From contig CAVZVA010000009.1 of NCBI GenBank assembly GCA_963778655.1, positions 1,152,001 through 1,216,000 of the forward strand: a stretch of DNA of 64,000 nt, in the 5' to 3' direction. Position numbers and translations under genes: made by a program. Shown here piece by piece: positions 54,434-64,000 of the stretch; position 1 is the stretch's first letter; every line of letters starts with the position of its first letter. The notes below the pieces were generated by a model. It was not told the DNA's origin and searched no databases. It saw only the letters and a list, made by a program, of their open reading frames with translations. The DNA is from an uncultured delta proteobacterium. GTDB taxonomy: Bacteria; Myxococcota_A; Polyangia; Polyangiales; JAFGIB01.

Positions 54434-54681
54434 CGAGATACCAACCGGCGTCGGCCGCGGAAAGATTGCGCCCGAGCGGGTCGCGCGTGGGGCCCATGGG
54501 CCCCGATCCAGGCCCGCCCGAAAGCATACCCCAAATTCCGGCCCCGGCAGGACCTAACCCGCCCGATGGGATCGGGCCTGCGCATCCCATTTTCCGGATT
54601 TCCCAGGGTGGGCGCCGGATCCCCAGACTACGGAGGGCTACAAACTAGGGCGGCCGCGGCAAGGCCTGCGGCCGCGCGAGC

Positions 54682-55938
<1,257 letters not shown>

Positions 55939-56146
55939 GACTCTGCTCCGAGAACACCAGCCTACGACTGAGCTAGTCTACCAACCGTACATCGACCCAG
56001 CAAGGATTCACGGCCACGCGGCCGCAGAGTGCCGCGCCGCGCTCGGTGCGCCGAGCCAGGGCCGTGACCCCAAGCGAGGATAGGCCCGCGGCGCGCGGCG
56101 CCCGAGTCGACGCGACAGCATGACCAATTGCGGGAACGCGCCGGGC

Positions 56147-56770
56147 TCACGCCGGATCGCTTTTGCGCGACTGGATGACACCGTCGATGATCCCGTACTC
56201 CAGCGCCTGTTCGGCCGTCATGAAGCGGTCGCGCTCGGTGTCGTCCTTGATCTGCTCTTCCGGCTTGCCGGTGTGCTTGGCCAGGATCTCGTTCATGCGC
56301 TTGCGCAAGTAGATCACCTCGCGCGCGTGGATCTCGATATCGCTGACCTGACCGCGCACGCCGCTGCTCGGTTGGTGGATCATGATCCGGCTATTGGGCA
56401 GAGCGCGGCGCAGGCCCTTGGTGCCGGAGGCCAGGATCCACGCGCCCATCGAGGCGGCGAGCCCGATGCACACCGTCGCCACCGGTGCGCGCACGTATTG
56501 CATGGTGTCGTAGATGGCAAGGCCGGCCGTGATCGAGCCGCCGGGGCTGTTGATGTAGAGCGTGATCTCCTTGTCCGGGTCCTCGCTCTCCAGGTACAGC
56601 ATCTGGGCGATGATGATGTTGGCCGCGTCGTCGTTGACCTCGCTGCCGAGGAACACGATGCGGTCGTTGAGCAGGCGGCTGAAGATGTCCCAGCTGCGCT
56701 CTCCGCGCGGCGTGGTCTCTACGACCTGCGGATAGGGGATGAAGCCAACCGGTCGTTCCACTTTCTTCAT
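56147..56770 (-). CDS. clpP: ATP-dependent Clp protease proteolytic subunit
   Basis: [28 protein letters not shown]. Confidence 0.97.
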   Translation of the reverse strand: MKKVERPVGFIPYPQVVETTPRGERSWDIFSRLLNDRIVFLGSEVNDDAANIIIAQMLYLESEDPDKEITLYINSPGGSITAGLAIYDTMQYVRAPVATVCIGLAASMGAWILASGTKGLRRALPNSRIMIHQPSSGVRGQVSDIEIHAREVIYLRKRMNEILAKHTGKPEEQIKDDTERDRFMTAEQALEYGIIDGVIQSRKSDPA

Positions 56771-56814
56771 CGCTCGCCTCCTGCTCCCTGCGTCCCTCGA
56801 TCGTCCGCCGCGCT

Positions 56815-58282
56815 TCAGCCTTCGTCTTCGGCCTTACCGCCCGCGTCCGGCGCCTTCTTGGTCCGGCCGCCCTTGCCGCTCTTGGCTTTGCTCTTGCTCG
56901 CGCTGTCCTGGCTCTTGCTCGCGCTGTCCTGCGCCTTGGCTTTGGGCTTGGTCTTCTTCTCGTCCGCTGCGGACGGCTCCGGCGGGGCTTCGGTGCCCTC
57001 CGCCGCGGCGGCAGGCACGCCCTCGGTGATCGTAGCCTGGGAGCGCAGATACTCAAGTAGCTTGTTCTGCAGCAGCTGGCTGTGCAGCCCCTCGCGCTGC
57101 TCGCCCTGGTACTCGGCCCGCACCTTGGCCACGTGCTTGCCGCTCTGCTCGGCGATCTCCTGGAGCTTGACCTCGACGTCCTCCTCGCTGACCGTCAGCT
57201 TCTGCTGCTCGGCGATCGCGCCGAACAGCAACCCGGCCCGGATCTTGCGCTCCGCCCGCGCGTGCATCTGGCCGTGCATCTCCTCGTCGAAGGGCAGCGG
57301 CCGCCCCAGCATCTGCTGCAGCTGATGCAGCTCCGCCAGCATCGCCCGCTCCTGCTGCTCGACCATGCTGTGCGGGACCGGCACCGGGTTTAGGTCCACC
57401 AGCTTGTCGACCAGCTGCTCGCGCAGCTGCGCTTCAGCCTGGCGCTCTGCCGCGTCTTGTAGGCGCTTGCGCACGTCGGCGCGTAGCGCTTGCAGCGACT
57501 CGTGCTCGAGGTCCTTGGCGAAGTCGTCGTCCGCGTCCGGCAGCACCTTCTGCTGCATCTGCTTGACCCGGAGCTTGAACACCGCGGCCTTGCCGCGCAG
57601 CGCTTCGCGGCCGTAGTCGTCGGGGAAGGTCATCTGGACCTCGCGCTCCTCGCCGACCGCCGCGCCCTGCAACCCGGCCTCGATCTCGGCCAACAGGCGC
57701 TCGGCCCCGAGCTCGGCGCGCGTATCGGTCGAGCCCAGCTCGGGTCGCAGCTCGCCGTCGACGCGGACCTCGATGTCGAGCAGCAGCAGGTCGCCGTCGC
57801 GCGCCGGGCGCGGCGGATCGGGCGCGACCAGCTCGGCATTCTGCTCGCGCAGGCGGTCGATTCTCACGCTCGATGTCGGCGTCCTCGACCGCCTCGAGCT
57901 TACGCTCGACGTTGAGCCCGCCCAGCTCGACCTGGTCGATCTTGGGGCGCACCTCGAGCTTGGCGGTGAAGCGCCAGGGCTGCCCCTCGGCCAGCGCTGG
58001 GCTGTCCATGTCGGCCACCGACACCGGCTCGAGCGCGTGCTCCTTGACCGCCGCGCCCAGTCCTTCCTCGGCCAGCTGTGAGGTCACGTCGCGCTCGATG
58101 CTCTTGCCCATCAGGCTCTTGACCACGTTGCGCGGGACCTTGCCGGGGCGGAAGCCGCGCACGCGCGCGGTGCGCTGCAGCTTGCGGTACGCGACCTCGA
58201 GGTTCTCGCTGACCTTGCTCCAAGGAACCTCGATTTTGACTTCCACCTCGGTGGGGCTGATCTTCTCGACCTGCGATTGCAT
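56815..58282 (-). pseudogene. tig: Trigger factor, split by a single-base insertion near 57861 (or sequencing error)
   Basis: GFRPGKVP signature in ORF 57434..58372; FPDDY, DDDFAKDL and C-domain in ORF 56815..57867; canonical position upstream of clpP. Confidence 0.9.
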
Positions 58283-58445
58283 GAGCGGGTTTGCCTCCAA
58301 GTGAGTGTCCCCGGAATCCGCCTCGAGCCGGCCCGGCGGCGGTGCAGCGCCCCCGGCAACCCCGGCAGTCATGGCCGGTCTTCAGGAAGCGGGGCCCCGC
58401 GCCTCGCGGGTCGAGGGGGCTGGCTACCATGCGGGTGGACAAGGT

Positions 58446-59903
58446 TCAATCGGCCGGCACGGCGGGCGCGCGCGCGCCATCGGCCTTGCGATCGGCCCAG
58501 CGGGCGAAGCGATCGCGCAGGCTCACCTGCAGCTCCTGCGGCACGTGGCGCAGCACCAACAGCGCGCGCCCGGAGCGCGCGACCAGCTGTTGCGCCTGCT
58601 CGGCGCCGGGGACTGCGGCAGCCGCGCGCTCCGCGGCGTGTGCGGCGCGCTCGGCGCCGGCCGCGTCCTCCCACAGGCTGACCCATACCACCGCCACCCG
58701 GTCCGCTCCGGCACGGTATGCGTACAGCCGGTCCCCGCGCCAGGCCTGGACCGCCCGTTGGGCTTCCGGCTCGGGCAGCCCCTGGCCGAAATACACGCCC
58801 ATCTCGAGCTCGCCCAGCGTGTCCTGATACAGCAGCTCGTAGTCGCGGCCCAGCGCACGCGGCGCGCGCGGCAGCCGCACCGGCTCGGGTGCGACGCGCC
58901 GGACGAAGCGCTCGGGGTGCAGCACCTGGTCGGTCGACGCGGGTGGATCGGCGTGGGCGCGGTCGACGCGTCCCCAGCCGCCGTCGCCGTGCAGATAGGC
59001 CGCGAAGGTCAAGCCGTCGACGTACGAGGACAGCAGCGGCACGCGCACGATCGCAGGCGCGCTGCCGAGCTCGCTGCCGGTGAGCGGCGAGCCGCGCACC
59101 AGATCGGAGAGATTGCGCACCCGCGCCGGATCGCGCGTGAGCTGGGATAGCGGCAGCGCTTCGCCCTCCAGCGCGAACGCGATCATCGCCAGCGTGGCGT
59201 CGCCCTCGATCAGCGCGCGGAAGGCGTTGTCGGCATCGCTGTCGCGGTTGCGCGCGATGTTCGCCGACAGTCCCAGGCGCTGGTCCTGCAGCGCGTGGAC
59301 CAGCTCGTGCACCAGCACTACGCGGGCCTCGGCGAGATCGACGCTCGATTCGCCGCCGCCGCCCCCGAAGGCGCGCATCACGTCGTCGCGCACGACCAGG
59401 TGGTGCGCTTCGACGTCGTAGTAGCCGACGATCTGCTCGCCCATCAGCCGCAGCAGCAGCGCGCGCACGTCGAGCCGGGGCGAGAGCAACCCGAGCGCAG
59501 TGTAGATGACGCGCGAGCGCTCGAGCTCGTCCTGTTTGATCTGACTGTCGACGTAGGCCGTGATCGCTTCTGGATCCTGGACCAGCACCGGCACCGTGTG
59601 CGCGAAGCGCAGGCCTCGCACGCGCTCGGCTGCGTCGATCAGCGGCTGGATCACCGCGAGCTCGCGCGGCGTGACCTCGCGCGTGTGGCCGGCCAGCTCG
59701 GCCGGCGCCGGCGGCGCGGGCGCTTCGGTGATCGGCTCGGCGGTGCTGCGCGGCGCCGGCTCGGCCGGCTTGCCGGCGGCCGGCGAGGCGGCGCAGCCCG
59801 CGGCCGCCGCGGCCAGCAGGATCGCGAGCAACGCGCCCGCCAGCCGGCACGCCGGCACGCGGCTCGGCGGGCGAAGCGCGCCACGCGCGGGTGCGCGCCT
59901 CAT
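58446..59903 (-). CDS. Lipoprotein, putative zinc metallopeptidase (gluzincin-like)
   Basis: Lipobox-like AAGC; HELVHALQDQ plus downstream EGDAT; PPASTDQVLHP; DTLGE. Confidence 0.75.
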   Translation of the reverse strand: MRRAPARGALRPPSRVPACRLAGALLAILLAAAAAGCAASPAAGKPAEPAPRSTAEPITEAPAPPAPAELAGHTREVTPRELAVIQPLIDAAERVRGLRFAHTVPVLVQDPEAITAYVDSQIKQDELERSRVIYTALGLLSPRLDVRALLLRLMGEQIVGYYDVEAHHLVVRDDVMRAFGGGGGESSVDLAEARVVLVHELVHALQDQRLGLSANIARNRDSDADNAFRALIEGDATLAMIAFALEGEALPLSQLTRDPARVRNLSDLVRGSPLTGSELGSAPAIVRVPLLSSYVDGLTFAAYLHGDGGWGRVDRAHADPPASTDQVLHPERFVRRVAPEPVRLPRAPRALGRDYELLYQDTLGELEMGVYFGQGLPEPEAQRAVQAWRGDRLYAYRAGADRVAVVWVSLWEDAAGAERAAHAAERAAAAVPGAEQAQQLVARSGRALLVLRHVPQELQVSLRDRFARWADRKADGARAPAVPAD

Positions 59904-61603
59904 GAGCCCGACCGCCGGACCACGGCCTGCACGCTCGGGCGCCAGCCGATCGCGCCCCTGAAGACGCGGCGCGCCGCCCGCGCCGCCGTCTCCTCGATCG
60001 TCTCCAGCTCCGCGTGCGGCTCGAGCGCCCGCAGGGCGCGGTCGACCGCGAGCTGCACGGCTTCGCGCAGGCGCAGCTCCGCGAGCGAGAGCGCGTCGGT
60101 CACGCCGTGGACCGCGACTTCGGCCGGTACGGCCAGGCGGCCTTCGGCGTCGAGGTCGAGCAGCAGCACGACCATGCCGCCCTCGGCCATCAGCGCCCGC
60201 TGGCGCAACACCTCGCCCGTGACCTCAGCGCCGTGCTGGATGTGGACGCGCCCGGTGCGGACCTGCTCGGCCACGCGCATGCGCGCGATGTCGACCTCGA
60301 CCAGCGCGCCGTTCTCTACCACCAGCGTCTCGGGCACGCCCAGCGACTGGGCCAGTGTGGCGTGGCGTTGCAGGTGCACGAAGGCGCCGTGAACGGGCAC
60401 GAAGCCGCGCGGCTTGGTCAGCTCGATCATGCGCCGCTGCTCGGCGCGGCAGGCGTGGCCACTGACGTGCAGAGCGGCGTCGTCGCGCCGCGTGAGCACC
60501 CGCACGCCGCGCCGCTCGAGCGCGTCGATGGTGGCGTAGATCTGGCGCTCGCGGCCCGGGATCACCCGCGAGGAGAGCACCACCTGGTCGCCCGGCTCGA
60601 GCGTGAGCACGGGGTGGGTGCCGCGTGCCAGCCGGCGCAGCGCGGCGCGCGCTTCGCCTTGCGAGCCGGTGGCCACCACCAGCAGCTGCTGGCGCGGCAC
60701 CGCCTGCGCCTCGCGCTCAGAGACCAGCAGCGAGCGATCATAGGACAGCCGCGCCAGCGCTTCGGCCACGCGCGCGTGCGTGTGCAGCGCGCGACCCAGG
60801 AACAGCACGCGCCGGCCGAGCGCGCGGGCGCGCTGCAGCACCCCGTCGAGCCGCTGCACGTTGGAGGCGAACATGCACAGCACCACACGGCCGGGCGCGC
60901 GGGCCAGGTGCGCCTCGATCGCCGCCACGACCGGGCGCTCGCCACCAGCGTGGCCTTCGACCTCGGCGTTGGTCGAGTCGCTCAGCAGCAGGCGCACGCC
61001 CTGCGCGCCGACCTCGGCCAACAAGGCCTCGTCGAAACGCTCGCCGTCCAGCGGGTCGTCGTCAATCTTGAAGTCGCCCGAATGCACCACGGTTGCACCC
61101 GGCATGCGCAGCACCAGGCCGGTCGAATCGGGGATCGAGTGCGTCACGCGAAAAGGCGTGACCTCGAATGGACCCAGCGACAACGGCTGGCGCGGGCAGG
61201 TCTCGGTCAGGCGCACCGAGCGTCCCAGGCTGGCTTCGCGCAGGCGTTCCTCGGCCAGCGCGAGCGCATAGGGTGTGCCGTACACCGGCACGTCGAGGTC
61301 GCGCAGCAGGTAGGGCAGGGCGCCGATGTGATCTTCATGGCCGTGGGTGAGCACGATCGCTTCGACCGCGTCGGGACGGTCCAGCAGATAGTCGAAGTCG
61401 GGGTGGATCACGTCGATGCCGGGCTCGGCGTCGGGGAAGGTCACGCCGCAGTCCACCACCAGCACGCGGCCGGCCACCTCGATCGCGAGGCAGTTCATGC
61501 CGACTTCGCCCAGCCCGCCCAGCGCCACCAGCCGAAAGCGCCCGTCGGCTGCGGCCGAATCGGCGCCTGGGGCGGCCTGCGGCGGTGGACGGGTGGGAGT
61601 CAT
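59900..61603 (-). CDS. rnj: Ribonuclease J
   Basis: LGGLGEVGMN, THGHEDHIG, HSIPD, DFKID, SDSTNA, TGSQGE, HVSGHA, PVHG. Confidence 0.95.
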   Translation of the reverse strand: MTPTRPPPQAAPGADSAAADGRFRLVALGGLGEVGMNCLAIEVAGRVLVVDCGVTFPDAEPGIDVIHPDFDYLLDRPDAVEAIVLTHGHEDHIGALPYLLRDLDVPVYGTPYALALAEERLREASLGRSVRLTETCPRQPLSLGPFEVTPFRVTHSIPDSTGLVLRMPGATVVHSGDFKIDDDPLDGERFDEALLAEVGAQGVRLLLSDSTNAEVEGHAGGERPVVAAIEAHLARAPGRVVLCMFASNVQRLDGVLQRARALGRRVLFLGRALHTHARVAEALARLSYDRSLLVSEREAQAVPRQQLLVVATGSQGEARAALRRLARGTHPVLTLEPGDQVVLSSRVIPGRERQIYATIDALERRGVRVLTRRDDAALHVSGHACRAEQRRMIELTKPRGFVPVHGAFVHLQRHATLAQSLGVPETLVVENGALVEVDIARMRVAEQVRTGRVHIQHGAEVTGEVLRQRALMAEGGMVVLLLDLDAEGRLAVPAEVAVHGVTDALSLAELRLREAVQLAVDRALRALEPHAELETIEETAARAARRVFRGAIGWRPSVQAVVRRSGS

Positions 61604-62130
61604 CCGCGATGGGGGAGGCGCGCCCGCACGCAGGCCGCAGCGCGCTCGCTCGGCGGAGCGCGGTCTGGGCACGAGGCTGCGCTGGGGTAACCGCTCACGG
61701 GTCTTTCAATCCCGTGACGCGAAGCGCTTGGCGAGCGAGGCAAGCCTCGCGCGGGGGCCTCCACAATCCTCGGAATCGTGCGGGCACGATCGGCTCAGTC
61801 ATCCCCAAGGCCTGTCCACGGGCTGGATCATCCCGGTGTCCCACAGGTTGCGGGTCCTGCTCGGCAGATGACCGTGCGCCGGTCGGGTATGAGTGCGCTC
61901 GCGCCACTTGCCTGAGACTTGTCCAAGCCTGCGGGCCCGAGTCAAGAGCCGTAGCGCTCCGGCAGTGGCGGAAAACCACCGATCGCGACGCTTTCCCGCG
62001 GACTTGCTCCGGAAGTTGGCATTTGACCGGCCGAAAGCTCCCGTGCTACCCAGCCTCCGCCCTCGGCCCCGCCCTCGCCGCTCCGTGCATCGTGCGAGAG
62101 GGCAGCCCGCTGTGCCGTAGGAGAACGATC

Positions 62131-64000
62131 ATGCGTTGGCGTCTTTGGATCTGCCTCCTGGTTGCGCCGTGTTGGGCGATAAGCGCCAGCGTACTGGCGC
62201 AGGCGGGCGGTCCGCCCGCGGATAAGAGCGCGCCCAAGCCCAAGCCCAAGCCCGAGGACACGCCGAAGGCGAAGCCGGCCGCCGCGAAACCGCAGCCGGC
62301 CGAGACGAAGCCGCCGAGCGCGGCGCCCGCGTCGCCTTCACAAGGCGAGAGCAAGGCCGAGCCCGAGGCCGCGCCCGCCGCAGGGAGCGCAGCCGCGGCC
62401 CCGGTGGCCGCTGCAGCCGAGCCGGGCGCGCCGACCGAGCCCGCAGCTGGAGCCGAGCCGGCCCCCGAGGGAGAGGCGCCCGCCGCGCCCGGGCCCGGTG
62501 CGGGAGCCAGCGAGCCGGCAGCCGAGCCACCCGCGCTGAGCCCGCCCGAGGCCGCTCCACCGAGCGCACTGGCCGCGCCCGCTGCGCCCTCGAACGAGGT
62601 GCCCTCGCCGGGCGAGATGGAGAACATGCTGTCGCAGCAGCTGGCGGCCTCCTCGCAGCCCAGCCGCGACTGGACTGCGCCCGCGCCGGTGTTGACCTTG
62701 CACGGCTACATGCGCGTGCGCGGCGAGCTGATGGACACCTTCTGGCTCAATCGCCCGACCTCCGACGAGCTCACGACTCGGCTCATGGCCGAGAACAAGA
62801 CCTACAACGGCGCGCTGAATCAGGGACCCAATCCGTTCACCCGCTTCCGTCCGATCGAGCGGCGCGTCGCCCAGGCCGACTGCGTGAGCGAGAGCCACAC
62901 CGGCAACCTGTGCAACGTTAGCACGCTGCGTTTCGCGAACATGCGGCTGCGGCTTTCGCCCCAGCTCAACGTGAGCGAGGACGTACGCGTCAAGATGACC
63001 TTCGACGTGTTCGACAACCTGGTGCTCGGGCACCCGCCGGACTCGTTCTACGGCCCCGCCGCCGACGCCACCGGCAAGCCCACCGGCGCCGACACCGTGC
63101 TCAGTAACGGCGTGGCCACGCCCGACGGCTCTCCACAGCTCGGCAGCAGTATCAAGGCGCGCTACGCCTGGGGCGAGGTCCGTAACCGCGACCTCGGCGA
63201 GCTGCGCTTCGGGCGCATGCCGGAGAGCTGGGGCCTCGGGATGTACTACAACGCGGGCAATCGCCTGGACGACGATCGCTCGACCGACATCGACCGCGTG
63301 CTGGGCATCACCAAGCTGTTCGGCTTCTACCTCAGCGCGTCCTTCGATTTCGTCGGCGGCGGACCGCTGGCGGCGGGTTCCGACAATCGCCCGATCGAGC
63401 AGAGCCGGCTGACCTCGGTGCACCAGTACACCTTCTCGGCGGCGCGCCGCAGCAGCGACGAGGAGCTGGCCGCTGCGCGCGAGCGTGGCGACAACGTGGT
63501 CAACGGTGGCGTGCAATTCGCGGTGCGCAGCCAGGACTCGCTGGCCGAGCCTCCCACGACTACGACGACCTCGACCAGCGCGAGCGCGAAGGCGGCGGCC
63601 ATGCTGCCCGCGCTGCAGCGGGTCAACGCCGCCACGCGTGTCACCGACGTCTGGGGGTTGTTCCGCAGCCGCCACCTGCGGCTCGAGGGCGAGTTCGCCT
63701 GGGTCAACGGCAGCATGGACCAGGTGGATCCGCAGAACGGCTCCAGCCCTGCGCGCTACACCATCAACGCGCTCGGCTACGCGCTCGAGAGCGAAATCCG
63801 CCTGGTCAATGACAAGCTCGGGATCTATTTCGACCACGGGCTGGCGACCGGCGACAGCGACGTCGAAGGCCTCTCGTCGGACTCGGACTTCATCAACCAG
63901 CTGGACAGCAACCGCACCATCAGCACGTTCCGCTTCCATCCCTCGTACCGCATCGACCTGATCCTGTGGCGCAACATCATGCAGCAGGTCACGGGGGCGT
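62131..64000 (+). CDS. Myxobacterial outer-membrane beta-barrel protein (TIGR04551-like), runs off the right edge
   Basis: Own translation: signal peptide MRWRLWICLLVAPCWAISASVLAQ, Pro/Ala stalk, HGYMRVRGEL, ANMRLRLSP, DVFDNLVLG, LRFGRMPESWGLG, FRFHPSYRIDLILWR; no stop in window. Confidence 0.8.
   Translation, partial: MRWRLWICLLVAPCWAISASVLAQAGGPPADKSAPKPKPKPEDTPKAKPAAAKPQPAETKPPSAAPASPSQGESKAEPEAAPAAGSAAAAPVAAAAEPGAPTEPAAGAEPAPEGEAPAAPGPGAGASEPAAEPPALSPPEAAPPSALAAPAAPSNEVPSPGEMENMLSQQLAASSQPSRDWTAPAPVLTLHGYMRVRGELMDTFWLNRPTSDELTTRLMAENKTYNGALNQGPNPFTRFRPIERRVAQADCVSESHTGNLCNVSTLRFANMRLRLSPQLNVSEDVRVKMTFDVFDNLVLGHPPDSFYGPAADATGKPTGADTVLSNGVATPDGSPQLGSSIKARYAWGEVRNRDLGELRFGRMPESWGLGMYYNAGNRLDDDRSTDIDRVLGITKLFGFYLSASFDFVGGGPLAAGSDNRPIEQSRLTSVHQYTFSAARRSSDEELAAARERGDNVVNGGVQFAVRSQDSLAEPPTTTTTSTSASAKAAAMLPALQRVNAATRVTDVWGLFRSRHLRLEGEFAWVNGSMDQVDPQNGSSPARYTINALGYALESEIRLVNDKLGIYFDHGLATGDSDVEGLSSDSDFINQLDSNRTISTFRFHPSYRIDLILWRNIMQQVTGA

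Noticed and set aside
61780..61850. Cluster of DnaA-box-like words (TCATCCCCA, CTGTCCACG, GTCCCACAG)
   Set aside because: Each has two or more mismatches to TTATCCACA; no AT-rich unwinding element or dnaA context; insufficient for oriC.

Overview
High-GC (~70%, by eye) chromosomal segment, most likely from a myxobacterium (Myxococcota, probably Polyangia). This rests on a MYXO-CTERM-like tail, a TIGR04551-like outer-membrane protein, a PEGA protein, a kinase-ATPase fusion and Gly- or Pro/Ala-rich linkers. The backbone carries housekeeping genes: four tRNAs (Gln-CTG, Glu-CTC, Asp-GTC, Val-TAC), tsaC/yciO, coaBC, trpE, aceE-aceF, tig-clpP-clpX-lon and rnj. Highlights: (1) A ~9.5 kb decayed genomic island at tRNA-Glu, bounded by a perfect 24-bp direct repeat of the tRNA 3' end (2908-2931 / 12418-12441). 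It holds only a C-terminal stub of a tyrosine integrase, plus a surface-anchored GH-A glycosidase, a 2-hydroxyacid dehydrogenase and a large Ser/Thr kinase-ATPase. (2) A coenzyme F420 biosynthesis cluster (cofG, cofH converging on fno, cofE, cofD, cofC) with no nitroreductase module in view. (3) A PHM/DBH-like copper-monooxygenase-fold lipoprotein that appears to lack most copper ligands. (4) SRAP/YedK 15 bp downstream of lon. (5) Single-base frameshifts in tig and a SWIM-SNF2 helicase, possibly assembly errors. All assignments come from motif recognition by eye; no searches were run.
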